Shown here: one piece after another, positions 1-10,093 of the stretch
Layout of the letters: every line of letters starts with the position of its first letter
Position numbering within the stretch: position 1 is the stretch's first letter
Source of the DNA: an uncultured Acidimicrobium sp.
GTDB taxonomy: Bacteria > Actinomycetota > Acidimicrobiia > Acidimicrobiales > Ilumatobacteraceae
Assembly (NCBI GenBank): GCA_964532575.1
Contig: CAZHIN010000001.1
Coordinates: 21,294 to 80,963, forward strand
Direction: 5' to 3'
DNA length: 59,670 nucleotides
Position numbers and translations under genes: made by a program
The notes under the pieces: generated by a model
Databases searched by the model: none
The model's input: the letters and a program-made list of their open reading frames with translations, nothing else
Told to the model about the DNA's origin: nothing

Positions 1-1
1 C

Positions 2-1297
2 AAAGGAAAAGAACGCAACGGTAAGGCGGTTGGTCGTTACCTGATGTGTGTACAAGTGCGGCCAGACTTTACGCAAGTTGCGATGCTTGAGGGCAGAAGC
101 TTGATTGAGCATTATGTATCGCGTCCTGCAGACGATGACTCGCAGATTCATGGAAATATTTATTTAGGTCGAGTGCAAAACGTATTGCCTGGCATGGAAG
201 CGGCATTTGTCGATATCGGTACTCCAAAAAATGCAGTGTTGTACCGAGGCGATGTGCAGTTTGATAAGGAAGATGTTGTTGAGCAGGGAGCAGATCCTCG
301 CATCGAGCAAGTGCTCAAAGCGCGCCAGTTGATTTTGTGTCAGGTGACAAAGAATCCGATTGCAGCAAAGGGTGGTCGACTGACACAAGAAGTGTCGCTA
401 CCTGGCCGCTTTGTCGTTCTTATTCCAGACTCGCGCACGTACGGAATTTCGAAGCGATTGCCAGAAGGCGAGCGTCGGCGATTGCGCGGCATTCTTGATC
501 GAATCAAGCCAGAACAGCACGGAATTATTGTGCGTACAGCCGCAGAAAATGCAACCGAACACGAACTCACTACAGACATGACCAGGTTGCTTGCGCAGTG
601 GGATGCCATTCGTAGTGCTGCAGAAAAAGCCAACTCGCCAACACTGTTGTATCGCGAGCCGCCATTAGCCGTGCGCGTAATTCGTGAAGAATTTACAAGC
701 GAATATCGCGGAGTTGTGATTGACGACCCCGTGTTGTTTGCTGAAGTGCGAGATTACATTCAGGCGTTTAACCCAGAGTTCGCTGATCGCGTGGAGTTGT
801 ATAACCCTGCCGCCGACGAGCTTGCGCTCTTCGAGCAATATCGTGTCCACGAGCAGTTGCTCAAGGCGCTTGACAAAAAAGTGTGGCTACCGTCTGGTGG
901 CTCGTTGATTATTGAGCACACCGAAGCGCTGACAGTGATTGACGTGAACACAGGTAAAAACGTGGGTAAGTCAAACTTGGAAGAGACCGTTTTTTACAAC
1001 AACCTGGAAGCAGCAGAAGAGATTGCGCGACAATTGCGTCTGCGGGACATCGGCGGCATCATCGTCATTGACTTCATCGACATGGAGATCAGGGAAAACC
1101 GTCGCAAGGTGCTCGAATCGTTTAAAGACGCGCTTGCTCGTGATAAGACACGCACGCAGGTTTTTGAGATTTCCGAACTTGGGCTTGTAGAGATGACCCG
1201 CAAGCGCATTGGAGAAGGATTGTTGACGAGTTTCGCCGATGCCTGTGCTGTCTGTGACAGCCGTGGATTCACGCTCGATCTCAGCATGCTCGATTAA
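2..1297 (+). CDS. rne: Ribonuclease E/G family endoribonuclease (5' end lies outside the window)
   Basis: The frame is open from nt 2, so the track Met at 44 is internal. S1-like segment GNIYLGRVQNVLPGMEAAFVDIG, catalytic-core motifs TVIDVNTG and IIVIDFIDM, Zn-link-like CAVCDSRG near the C-terminus. rne-rplU-rpmA-obg synteny is the usual actinobacterial arrangement. Confidence 0.9.
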   Translation, partial: KGKERNGKAVGRYLMCVQVRPDFTQVAMLEGRSLIEHYVSRPADDDSQIHGNIYLGRVQNVLPGMEAAFVDIGTPKNAVLYRGDVQFDKEDVVEQGADPRIEQVLKARQLILCQVTKNPIAAKGGRLTQEVSLPGRFVVLIPDSRTYGISKRLPEGERRRLRGILDRIKPEQHGIIVRTAAENATEHELTTDMTRLLAQWDAIRSAAEKANSPTLLYREPPLAVRVIREEFTSEYRGVVIDDPVLFAEVRDYIQAFNPEFADRVELYNPAADELALFEQYRVHEQLLKALDKKVWLPSGGSLIIEHTEALTVIDVNTGKNVGKSNLEETVFYNNLEAAEEIARQLRLRDIGGIIVIDFIDMEIRENRRKVLESFKDALARDKTRTQVFEISELGLVEMTRKRIGEGLLTSFADACAVCDSRGFTLDLSMLD

Positions 1298-1355
1298 TAA
1301 AGCCCAATCGGTGGTTGGGTTACTGGTAACCAAAGGGATAGAGTAGGGACTTCTT

Positions 1356-1667
1356 ATGTACGCAATTATCGCAACCGGAGGCAAGCAAGAGAAGGTCGCC
1401 AAGGGCCAACAGGTCCATGTCGAACTGCTCAATGCTCAAGAGGGCCAAGAGGTGAAATTCACCCCGATCATGCTCGTTGACGGATCAACTGTCTTGGCTA
1501 CTCCTGCACAACTCGCAAAGTCATCGGTAACTGCAAAGGTCATGGGCATTGCTGCCGGACCAAAGATCGACGGCTTTACCTACAAGCGTCGTACTAATCA
1601 GCGTCGTCGTTTTGGTCATCGCCAAAAGTATTCGGTGATTGAAATCACCAGCATTCAGAAAGGCTAA
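1356..1667 (+). CDS. rplU: 50S ribosomal protein bL21
   Basis: 103 aa with the canonical N-terminus [14 protein letters not shown]; directly upstream of rpmA. Confidence 0.97.
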   Translation: MYAIIATGGKQEKVAKGQQVHVELLNAQEGQEVKFTPIMLVDGSTVLATPAQLAKSSVTAKVMGIAAGPKIDGFTYKRRTNQRRRFGHRQKYSVIEITSIQKG

Positions 1668-1672
1668 CTCTC

Positions 1673-1927
1673 ATGTCGAAAACCAAGGGTGGCGGTTCAA
1701 CCCGCAACGGTCGCGATTCGAACGCGCAACGACTCGGCGTCAAAGTATTTGACGGCACGAAGATCACAGCAGGAACAATTTTGATTCGTCAGCGCGGCAC
1801 CAAAGTGCACCCAGGCAACAACGTGGGCATTGGCAAAGACGACACACTGTTTGCGCTCGCGCATGGCAGTGTCAAGTTTGGTGAGCGTCGTGGCCGCAAG
1901 GTCGTCGACGTTATTCCAAACATTTAA
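1673..1927 (+). CDS. rpmA: 50S ribosomal protein bL27
   Basis: 84 aa with the signature [20 protein letters not shown]; 5 nt after rplU. Confidence 0.97.
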   Translation: MSKTKGGGSTRNGRDSNAQRLGVKVFDGTKITAGTILIRQRGTKVHPGNNVGIGKDDTLFALAHGSVKFGERRGRKVVDVIPNI

Positions 1928-3087
1928 TTCGTATCGATTCCCTGAGGGAGTCTGCTCGCGTCCCAACCAAGAAGTGCTGTGCCTTGTCGGCATGCAAATC
2001 TGTCTGTCATACCTCCAACGTATGCAACAGCATTGTGCAATGCCTCGGTTGAATGCGCGGGGGCAATGTGGTGAGCGGTGTGGTGAGCAATGTTGGCGCC
2101 TTGATCACTGTCGGCGAGCATGAGATGCGGGTGACTTGCATAATGCTCGACAAGTGCTTGTAGTAAATCGATCACCGACTTGGCTTGATTGCGAGATGCA
2201 TCGCGCATGTAGATGTTGTCGTAGTTGAAGCGACGAAACTCGGCAAGAGCATCGGCTTGTGCTGGTTGCATGCCAATGCGACCTGTTGCTGCTGTTGCAG
2301 CAATCATGGACGAAATGAATGAGCGCAGTTGTTGTGAGCGCGCAGTGCCGCAATAGGTGCGTACCTGATCGGGCAACTGATCGACAGTGACGATGCCCGC
2401 AGCAGCGGCATCTTCAAAATCGTGACACACATAAGCGATGCGGTCTGCCCACGAAACGACTTCACCCTCGGGTGTCATTGGTGCTGGTCGAGACCACGAA
2501 TGATTGCGGATGCCGTCGAGAGTCTCGATGCACAAGTTGAGTGGGACCAGCGTGACGTCGGCACCCCAGACCGCGTGGTCGAAACCCTGGGGAACAAATG
2601 GACTCAAAGCATCTTCGGACGCGTGGCCACCAGGACCATGACCACAGTCGTGACCAAGCGCGATTGCTTCGGTGAGCGCAACATTGAGCGCGAGTGCACG
2701 GGCAACCGATGTAGCGACTTGCGCAACTTCGAGTGCGTGCGTGAGGCGTGTGCGTTGATGGTCTTGCGGAAAAACAAACACCTGTGTCTTGCCTGCAAGA
2801 CGACGAAACGCTGAAGCGTGCAAGATGCGGTCACGATCGCGCTCGAAGCAGGTGCGAAATGGATCTGCTTCTACAGCCTGAGCACGATTGCCAGCACCGA
2901 ATGCACGTGTGGCAAGCGGAGCAAGAGCAGAGTCTTCGCGCGACTCACGTTCGGTGCGATCAATGATGTGCCGCGCACCTGGGCCAGACCACGAGTCTTT
3001 GTGTGCGAAACGAATCTGATCGTCTGACGCAAAGCCATCCATTGTTTGAGCCCATGCGACACTTCGCGATAGTGGTTCAGATGTCAT
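1924..3087 (-). CDS. dgt: dGTP triphosphohydrolase-like HD-domain protein
   Basis: 387 aa. [26 protein letters not shown] region [25 protein letters not shown]. These are typical of dGTPase-like triphosphohydrolases. Confidence 0.88.
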   Translation of the reverse strand: MTSEPLSRSVAWAQTMDGFASDDQIRFAHKDSWSGPGARHIIDRTERESREDSALAPLATRAFGAGNRAQAVEADPFRTCFERDRDRILHASAFRRLAGKTQVFVFPQDHQRTRLTHALEVAQVATSVARALALNVALTEAIALGHDCGHGPGGHASEDALSPFVPQGFDHAVWGADVTLVPLNLCIETLDGIRNHSWSRPAPMTPEGEVVSWADRIAYVCHDFEDAAAAGIVTVDQLPDQVRTYCGTARSQQLRSFISSMIAATAATGRIGMQPAQADALAEFRRFNYDNIYMRDASRNQAKSVIDLLQALVEHYASHPHLMLADSDQGANIAHHTAHHIAPAHSTEALHNAVAYVGGMTDRFACRQGTALLGWDASRLPQGIDTN

Positions 3088-3135
3088 ATATCTACACGAT
3101 ACGTGGAGGGTGTACTAGTAGGATTGACAGCCCCT

Positions 3136-4386
3136 ATGAGTGCATTTGTCGACGAAGCCCAATTAAACGTTCGCGGTGGCGACGGTGGTGCTGGCTGCGT
3201 CAGTTTTAGGCGTGAAGGTCCTGTTGCATTTGGTGGCCCAAACGGTGGCGATGGCGGCGATGGCGGATCGGTATGGCTGGTGGCGGATCACAACGTTGCT
3301 TCGTTGTTGGCTTTTCGTGATCATCCCCACAGGCGTGCGGGCGACGGTGTGCACGGAATGGGCAAGGACTTGCACGGTCGCCGTGGCGAAGACATGATCA
3401 TCAAGGTTCCTGAAGGCACTGTGGTGCGCGATATGTACACCGGCGAAATTTTGGCAGACCTGGCAGTCAATGGCACTCGCTGGCAATCTGCAAAAGGTGG
3501 TCAGGGCGGACGAGGCAATGCACGCTTTTTGTCGAACCGCAGGCGTGCACCAAAGTTTGCTGAGCAGGGCGAACACGGTAAAGACCGTTGGCTAAAACTT
3601 GAACTCAAATTGATGGCCGATGTGGCGCTTGTTGGTTTTCCAAACGCCGGCAAGTCAACATTTATTAGCTCGGTCAGTGCAGCCAAACCAAAAATTGCTA
3701 ACTATCCATTTACCACACTCGAGCCACACCTTGGCGTTGTGCGCATGGGCGGGTCAAGCGAATTTATTATCGCCGACATTCCAGGAATTATTGAAGGTGC
3801 TAGTGAAGGGCGCGGCCTCGGTCACCAGTTTTTGCGCCACATCGAGCGTGCTCGAGTGTTGTGTGTGCTCGTTGATCTTGCGCCAATGGACGAAGTGTCT
3901 GCTGTTGAGCAAGAACGAATTTTGTTGCAAGAGTTGCAGGCGTATCAACCAGAGTTGCTCGAGCGACCACGACTCGTTGTTGGCACCAAGACCGATGCCG
4001 CAACAGAGCAAGTGCTTGAGGAGTGGAAGGGTCAGCGAATGTCGGCGGTGACAGGCGACGGCGTGCGACCAATCTTGGGAGCGCTCGCAGAGTTGGTGCA
4101 ACGTGCACGCACGCTCGCACCGTCTCAAGAATCGTCAGTGGTGATTCGCCCAGAACCAGAAGGCACACATATTGAGCGCATGGGTGACAACGAATTTAGA
4201 TTGATCGGTCGTGATGTTGAACGGTCGGTTGCCTTAAGTGATGTGTCAACACCCGACGCACTTAACTACATTGATGAGCGACTCAAACGACTGGGCGTGG
4301 CACGTCTGTTGTCGCGAGCGGGAGCAAGTGATGGAGCAGTTGTACATATTGGGGCCTTTAGTTTCGAGTACACACCGGAGACGTAG
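3136..4386 (+). CDS. obgE: GTPase Obg/CgtA
   Basis: Gly-rich Obg fold (VRGGDGGAGCVSFRRE, GGDGGDGGSV), G1 GFPNAGKST, G3 DIPGIIEGA, C-terminal extension. The track start is GTG 3103, but ATG 3136 (MSAFVDEAQL) matches the family N-terminus better. Confidence 0.94.
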   Translation: MSAFVDEAQLNVRGGDGGAGCVSFRREGPVAFGGPNGGDGGDGGSVWLVADHNVASLLAFRDHPHRRAGDGVHGMGKDLHGRRGEDMIIKVPEGTVVRDMYTGEILADLAVNGTRWQSAKGGQGGRGNARFLSNRRRAPKFAEQGEHGKDRWLKLELKLMADVALVGFPNAGKSTFISSVSAAKPKIANYPFTTLEPHLGVVRMGGSSEFIIADIPGIIEGASEGRGLGHQFLRHIERARVLCVLVDLAPMDEVSAVEQERILLQELQAYQPELLERPRLVVGTKTDAATEQVLEEWKGQRMSAVTGDGVRPILGALAELVQRARTLAPSQESSVVIRPEPEGTHIERMGDNEFRLIGRDVERSVALSDVSTPDALNYIDERLKRLGVARLLSRAGASDGAVVHIGAFSFEYTPET

Positions 4387-4388
4387 AG

Positions 4389-5483
4389 ATGCGCATAGTT
4401 GTAAAAATAGGAACATCATCAGTAACTGATGAGCATGGCGCAATCAAGAACGAAGCGATTCGTGCATTGTGCGAACAAGTGGCGCGCGTACGCAGCGAGG
4501 GCAACGAAGTGATTGTCGTTACCTCTGGGGCAATTGCAGGTGGCGTAGGAGCACTTGGTCTGGCGCATCGCCCAACCGATACGCAGACACTGCAGGCGCT
4601 TGCCGCAGTTGGACAAAGTCAGTTGATGAACAAATACAACGAGCATCTGGCAGCGCACGGATTAGTGGGTGCGCAAGTGTTATTGGTGCCAAACGATTTC
4701 ATCGATCGCACCCAGTATTTACATGCACGACAAACCCTTGGGCGTTTGCTGGAACTGGGGTGTGTACCGATTATTAACGAGAACGACGCGATTGCTAGCG
4801 ACGAGATTCGCTTTGGCGACAATGATCGCATCGCTGCGCTGGTGGCACACAGCGTGAGTGCCGATGTGTTGGTGTTGTTGACCGACATTGCAGGACTGTT
4901 TACCGCGGACCCAAGTGTTGATCCTGCGGCAACGTTTATCGAACAAGTTGCAGCAGATGATCCGTTGCTGTCAGTGCGAGCAAGTACGAGTGGCACTGTG
5001 CGAGGCAGTGGAGGAATGTCGTCCAAGTTGTCGGCTGCACGCATTGCGTCGTGGTCTGGTGTGCGAACAGTGATCGCTGATGCAACAAAGACCGATGTTG
5101 TTGTGCACGCGCTTGCTCAAACCCCAGGTGCTGGCACGCAGTTTTTACCACACAATCGCAACCTCTCGGCGCGCAAATTGTGGATTGCATTTGCCGCTCA
5201 GCAAAGTGGCGTAATAGTTGTTGATGCGGGCGCGAAGCAAGCATTGATTGAGCGCAATACATCGTTGTTGCATGCAGGCGTTGCAGAGGTGCACGGAGAT
5301 TTCTCCGAAGGTGACACCGTTGAGATTCAGGACATGAGTGGCGCGGTGTTTGCTCGTGGCATGGTCAGTGTGAGTGCCGTGCACGCAAGTGCGGCCGCTG
5401 GACGCAAGAGTGCCGAACTACCTGATGGTGTAGGTGCCGAGCTTGTTCACCGCGACGACTTGGTAGTTCTCGTCAACCAATAG
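4389..5483 (+). CDS. proB: Glutamate 5-kinase (with C-terminal PUA domain)
   Basis: 364 aa. Amino-acid-kinase fold (VVKIGTSSVT, VVTSGAIAGG, INENDA) plus a PUA-like C-terminus. obg-proB synteny. Confidence 0.94.
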   Translation: MRIVVKIGTSSVTDEHGAIKNEAIRALCEQVARVRSEGNEVIVVTSGAIAGGVGALGLAHRPTDTQTLQALAAVGQSQLMNKYNEHLAAHGLVGAQVLLVPNDFIDRTQYLHARQTLGRLLELGCVPIINENDAIASDEIRFGDNDRIAALVAHSVSADVLVLLTDIAGLFTADPSVDPAATFIEQVAADDPLLSVRASTSGTVRGSGGMSSKLSAARIASWSGVRTVIADATKTDVVVHALAQTPGAGTQFLPHNRNLSARKLWIAFAAQQSGVIVVDAGAKQALIERNTSLLHAGVAEVHGDFSEGDTVEIQDMSGAVFARGMVSVSAVHASAAAGRKSAELPDGVGAELVHRDDLVVLVNQ

Positions 5484-7033
5484 TTGCGCAGATGTGGCTC
5501 GCCAAAGAGTGCGAGTGCAACAACGTAGGTTGCAGCGCCAACAACGATGCCCACAAGCACGCGAGACAAAGCGCCTACTCCGGCCGTGGATCCAACAGAT
5601 TTACAACTGAACCACACTGCAACAGCCATAACAAGACCGGCCACGATAATGCGCAACATATCAAGCACAAGGCCATCAAGATGCATCGAATGGTTGCTTG
5701 ACGCGAGAACAATTGTGGCAATGATTGCGCTCACGACATAGGCAATAGCGAATGCAATGCCAAGACCCAAGACATCGAAACGATCGACAAGCACGATGGC
5801 AAGAACAATGTTGATTGCGTTTTCGACCAAGTTAATAAAGAACGGCGTGCGCGTGTTGTGTTGGGCGTAGAAACCTCGCAGCACAAAAAGATAGACAGAA
5901 AATCCGGTAAGTCCGAGCGCAAGACCACTGAGTGCTCGTGCAGTGTTGACCGTGGCTTGTGCCGAAAAGTTTCCGTGTTGCAACACGAGGCCGATGATGG
6001 GCTGCGAAAGAACGAACAACCCCAACGAGGCAGGAATCGTAAAGAGTGCGGTGAGCGTGATGCCGCGGTTCATGCGTTGGGCGAACGCGGCGTGATCATT
6101 GGTGGCTGCAAGTCGGGCAAGATCGGGAAGGAATGTGGTGGCAATAGAAACGGCAAGCAAACCATGGGGAAGCTGAAACAAAATAAATGCCTTGGAGTAC
6201 GCATCCACTAAACCACTGCCAGGCGACGCGAGGTTTTTGATGACGACTAAGGCGATTTGGTTGGCAACCACATAGCCAAGCGTCCATAGTGAGAGTTGGA
6301 TGAGTTTGCGCACGGCAGGATGCGAAAACTGGGGATGAAAGTGGAAGGTGATGCCACTATTGCGCACTGCAACTATCTGAATCAACGCCATAACTGCGAT
6401 GCCGATGGTTGTGCTGAGTCCGAGTTGCCACATCAGCGTCGATCCACCGAGCACATCGGTGATGACTGGCTGGGTGTTGAAGCCGATTGACAAGAGAAAA
6501 CAGATGGCGATGATGTTGGCTGCCGCAGGTGACCAGGCGGCGGCAAAAAAGCGGCGTCGTGCATTGAGGAGCGCCGAGCACAATGCGCTCAATCCGTAGA
6601 AAAAAATTTGCACAACGAAGATGCGTGTCAGTGCGGTGCCAGCGCGGCGAAAGTTTTGGGCATCGACGCCAGGGGCGGGGTGCAGTGAGAACAGGTGAAA
6701 GATCGCAGGAGCGGCGAGGATAGAGAGAAGAGTGATTGCACTAAGAATGATCAGCGAGATACTGATGATGGCGTCGGTTCCATGTTGTGCACCTCGCGAT
6801 TGCGTATTGTCACTGAGCAATGAAGTGAACAAGGGCACAAGACTGGCAGCCAGTACCCCGCCGATGAGGAGTTCGTAAATCGAATTTGGTGCATTGTTGC
6901 CCGCATCGAAAGCGTCGGCAAGCGCCGTCTGGCCGATGATCACTCCAAAAATGATGATTCGGGCAAGTCCGGTAATGCGAGACAGGGCGGTGCCTGTGGC
7001 AACAACGAGATTGGATCGACCAAGACCAGGCAT
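5447..7033 (-). CDS. murJ: Lipid II flippase MurJ/MviN
   Basis: Polytopic membrane protein with the N-terminus MPGLGRSNLVVATGTALSRITGLARI typical of MurJ. The track ORF extends to 7078, but ATG at 7033 fits the family and leaves a promoter gap. The 3' end overlaps proB by 37 nt in convergent orientation. Confidence 0.85.
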   Translation of the reverse strand: MPGLGRSNLVVATGTALSRITGLARIIIFGVIIGQTALADAFDAGNNAPNSIYELLIGGVLAASLVPLFTSLLSDNTQSRGAQHGTDAIISISLIILSAITLLSILAAPAIFHLFSLHPAPGVDAQNFRRAGTALTRIFVVQIFFYGLSALCSALLNARRRFFAAAWSPAAANIIAICFLLSIGFNTQPVITDVLGGSTLMWQLGLSTTIGIAVMALIQIVAVRNSGITFHFHPQFSHPAVRKLIQLSLWTLGYVVANQIALVVIKNLASPGSGLVDAYSKAFILFQLPHGLLAVSIATTFLPDLARLAATNDHAAFAQRMNRGITLTALFTIPASLGLFVLSQPIIGLVLQHGNFSAQATVNTARALSGLALGLTGFSVYLFVLRGFYAQHNTRTPFFINLVENAINIVLAIVLVDRFDVLGLGIAFAIAYVVSAIIATIVLASSNHSMHLDGLVLDMLRIIVAGLVMAVAVWFSCKSVGSTAGVGALSRVLVGIVVGAATYVVALALFGEPHLRNYWLTRTTKSSR

Positions 7034-7095
7034 GTGTACACATCGTAGATCGTCTGGCAGGAATGCAGTAGCGACCAAACGCTAGGGTTGCTCAA

Positions 7096-7962
7096 ATGGA
7101 AAATCGATTTGAGTCAGTTGAACACGTTCGCGATGGACTAAAAAAGGTCCACTATCTGGCAGATGACGGCATTGCCGGCGTGGTGTTTCTTGCACAGCGA
7201 CTGGGCAAGCCGATTTTGGTTGAAGGCCCTGCAGGAACAGGAAAAACTCAGTTAGCAAAGAGTGTTGCCGAGATGCTCAACGCTCGCCTCATTCGGTTGC
7301 AGTGTTACGAAGGCCTGGACGAGTCGAAGGCACTGTACGAATGGAACTACAAGAAGCAGTTGCTCCGCATTCAGGCCGACAAGACAAGCGACTCGTGGTC
7401 GCAAGTTCACGATGACATTTTTAGTGAAGAGTTTTTGTTGACTCGTCCATTGCTCGAAGCCATCAGTAGTCCAGACCCTGTAGTGCTGTTGATCGACGAA
7501 GTAGACCGTGTCGAAATAGAAACCGAGGCATTGTTGCTCGAGATTCTTTCTGAGTATCAGGTTTCAATTCCAGAGTTGGGCACCATTACTGCGAAGCAAA
7601 TTCCGATGGTGTTTTTGACATCGAACAACACGCGTGAACTTTCGGAAGCACTCAAGCGCCGCTGTTTGTTCTTGCACGTCGACTATCCAGACATGGAGCG
7701 CGAGAAAGAAATTGTGCTGACCAAGGTTCCCGACATCACACAAAACTTGGCAGACCAGATTGCTCGCATTGTGCGCAGTATTCGTCAACTGGATTTGAAG
7801 AAGGCACCATCAGTGAGCGAGACCCTGGACTGGGCGCGCACATTGATGTTGATGGGAATTGAAAACATCGACGCTCAAGAAGCGAAGGACACCTTGCACA
7901 TTTTGCTCAAATACCAGACCGATATTACGAAGGCAGCCAAGGAACTGTCGGTCGACAAGTAA
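7096..7962 (+). CDS. MoxR/CoxD-like AAA+ ATPase
   Basis: 288 aa. Walker A GPAGTGKT, Walker B LLIDEVDR. Size and motifs match MoxR-class AAA_5 ATPases that pair with VWA proteins. Confidence 0.85.
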   Translation: MENRFESVEHVRDGLKKVHYLADDGIAGVVFLAQRLGKPILVEGPAGTGKTQLAKSVAEMLNARLIRLQCYEGLDESKALYEWNYKKQLLRIQADKTSDSWSQVHDDIFSEEFLLTRPLLEAISSPDPVVLLIDEVDRVEIETEALLLEILSEYQVSIPELGTITAKQIPMVFLTSNNTRELSEALKRRCLFLHVDYPDMEREKEIVLTKVPDITQNLADQIARIVRSIRQLDLKKAPSVSETLDWARTLMLMGIENIDAQEAKDTLHILLKYQTDITKAAKELSVDK

Positions 7963-7974
7963 GGCAAAACCATT

Positions 7975-9420
7975 ATGACCGTGCTCGATTTGATGTCGGG
8001 TTTTATCGTTGAATTGCGAAAAGCTGGTTTGCCTGTCAGTTTGACGGAGAACCTAGATGCGATGGAAGCCGTCAAGGAGATCCCCATTGAGGATCGGCAG
8101 GCTTTTAAATATGCATTGGCTGCGACTCTTGTAAAAAGCAATTCGCATTGGCGCGCATTTGAGACCATCTTCGAGGTCTACTTTTCGCTGCGCGGGCCAG
8201 AACATCAAATTCCGAGTGACATGACCGACGCCGAAGCAGAGTTGTGGCGCGAAGAACAAGAGATGCAACTCCAAGGTGATGGCGCGGCGGGAAGTGGCGG
8301 CGGCATGGACTCGCTTACTCCCGAAGAGATTGCACAGATGTTGATGCAGGCGTTGATGAATGGCGATCAGGCAATGATGCGTGCACTTGCTCGCCAGTCG
8401 GTGCAACGTTTTGCGGGGATGGAACCTGGCCGACCAGTTGGTGGCACCTATTACTTGTATCGCACACTGCGCAATCTGGATCTGGACAACATGCTTGACA
8501 AATTGATGGAAGCAAATCGCGATCAGGCCGCGCAAGAGTTGACGAAACTTGAAGAGCGTCTTGAAAAAGATGAGTTTGAGAGCAGGATCGAGCAATTTAA
8601 ACAAGAGGTAGAAGCAGAAATTCGCAGACGGCTTGTGGCGGACCGAGGCGCCGAGGCAATGGCTAAGACTTTGCGCAAACCACTGCCCGAAGATGTTGAA
8701 TTTATGCACGCCAACAAAGAGGAAATGCAGAGTCTGAAAAAGGCCTTGCAGCCGCTCACTCGCAAGTTGGCAGCAAAACTCGCGCGCAAGCGCCGACACG
8801 GCCGACGCGGTCCACTGGATTTTCGCTCAACAGTGCGACACTCACTGAGTTATGGGGGAGTGCCAGCAGATCCGAAGTTTAAGTATCCGCGCCCATCCAA
8901 ACCCGAATTGATGGTTGTCGCCGACATCTCGGGCAGCGTCGCGGCATTTGCACGATTTACGTTGATGCTGGTCTATGCGATTCAGGGACAGTTTTCTAAG
9001 GTGCGGTCGTTTGTGTTTATTGATGGCATCGACGAAGTAACGGATTACTTTAAATCCAATGTTGATATCAGCGACGCCATTCATCGTGTAAACACCGAAG
9101 CCGACGTGGTGTGGGTGGACGGGCACAGCGACTATGGCCATGCATTCGAAGTGTTTTGGGAGCGCTATGGAAAAGACATCAATCCGAAGACAACAATTTT
9201 GTTGTTGGGCGATGCCCGCAATAACTATCACGCAGCATCTTCGTGGGTGATTAAAGAGATGCAAAAGCGCGGGCGCCACGTGTACTGGCTCAACCCAGAA
9301 CCTCGAAGCTATTGGAATACTGGTGACTCAATAGTGGGTGAATATGGAAGTTTTACGGATGGCGTGTATGAATGTCGCAACCTGCGACAACTTGAAGCAT
9401 TTGTTGAAAAACTCGCGTGA
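7975..9420 (+). CDS. VWA domain protein, CoxE-like
   Basis: 481 aa. Acidic coiled-coil middle region and a C-terminal VWA with a MIDAS-like DxSxS (VVADISGSV). Immediately downstream of the MoxR ATPase. Confidence 0.8.
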   Translation: MTVLDLMSGFIVELRKAGLPVSLTENLDAMEAVKEIPIEDRQAFKYALAATLVKSNSHWRAFETIFEVYFSLRGPEHQIPSDMTDAEAELWREEQEMQLQGDGAAGSGGGMDSLTPEEIAQMLMQALMNGDQAMMRALARQSVQRFAGMEPGRPVGGTYYLYRTLRNLDLDNMLDKLMEANRDQAAQELTKLEERLEKDEFESRIEQFKQEVEAEIRRRLVADRGAEAMAKTLRKPLPEDVEFMHANKEEMQSLKKALQPLTRKLAAKLARKRRHGRRGPLDFRSTVRHSLSYGGVPADPKFKYPRPSKPELMVVADISGSVAAFARFTLMLVYAIQGQFSKVRSFVFIDGIDEVTDYFKSNVDISDAIHRVNTEADVVWVDGHSDYGHAFEVFWERYGKDINPKTTILLLGDARNNYHAASSWVIKEMQKRGRHVYWLNPEPRSYWNTGDSIVGEYGSFTDGVYECRNLRQLEAFVEKLA

Positions 9421-10070
9421 GCCTGACTCGAATTATTTTGGTGCGCCACGGTGAATCGGTGGTCACTGTAAACCGAGTGCTGGGAGGACCGCGTTCATGC
9501 ACCGGTTTGTCGCCACTTGGTGAGCGTCAAGCAGCAGCATTGCGCGCTCGGCTTGTATCAACTCGAGAAGTAGTTCCCGACGTGCTGTATTCGAGTGCCT
9601 ATCCACGCGCTCTGCAAACTGCCCAAATTATTGCGCCGGCATTTGAGGGTCTCGAGATCAATGTTGAAGCAGGATTTGGCGAACACGATCCTGGTCCGCA
9701 ATGTGACGGAATGACGTACGTGGATTTTATGGCTAAGTATGGGAAGCCCAATTGGAGCGGCGACCCCGACGCAGTCTTTTTCCCTGGTGGAGAAACTATT
9801 GCGCAATTTCATTCGCGAGTAGCAACGGCGTTTGACAAAGTGGTGCAAGAGCATTATGAAAAGACAATCGTTGTTGCATGTCACGGTGGAGTGGTGGACG
9901 CGGTGATAAGGCGACACCTGAAGACTCCACAAACTGGGGCGTTTGAGATGCATACCAAGAACTGCTCACTCACCGAGTTGGTAGAGATTCGAGCCGATCA
10001 CTGGGCGTTGATGCGCTACAACGACCATGCTCATCTGCAGGGACTGCCTGTAGCAACAAATATTGATTAA
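9417..10070 (+). CDS. Histidine phosphatase family protein (phosphoglycerate mutase-like)
   Basis: 217 aa. RHGE motif (LVRHGESV) and distal His (VACHGGV). The GTG start overlaps the VWA stop (GTGA). Confidence 0.85.
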   Translation: MSLTRIILVRHGESVVTVNRVLGGPRSCTGLSPLGERQAAALRARLVSTREVVPDVLYSSAYPRALQTAQIIAPAFEGLEINVEAGFGEHDPGPQCDGMTYVDFMAKYGKPNWSGDPDAVFFPGGETIAQFHSRVATAFDKVVQEHYEKTIVVACHGGVVDAVIRRHLKTPQTGAFEMHTKNCSLTELVEIRADHWALMRYNDHAHLQGLPVATNID

Positions 10071-10093
10071 GTGTTTGCGTTATACAGTGGGAT

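Noticed and set aside
8053-8799. Long antisense or shadow ORFs opposite real genes (for example 8053-8799, 17273-17911, 22555-23436, 35032-35742, 36331-36924, 42294-42953)
   Set aside because: Each lies fully inside a motif-supported gene on the other strand, and their translations have skewed Arg/Ser/Cys or Ala-rich composition. These are typical shadow frames.
7096-9420. MoxR-VWA pair as a candidate novel or defence system
   Set aside because: This is a well-known, widespread chaperone-type gene pair. Nothing in its sequence or context here suggests a new system beyond the unknown client noted in the findings.
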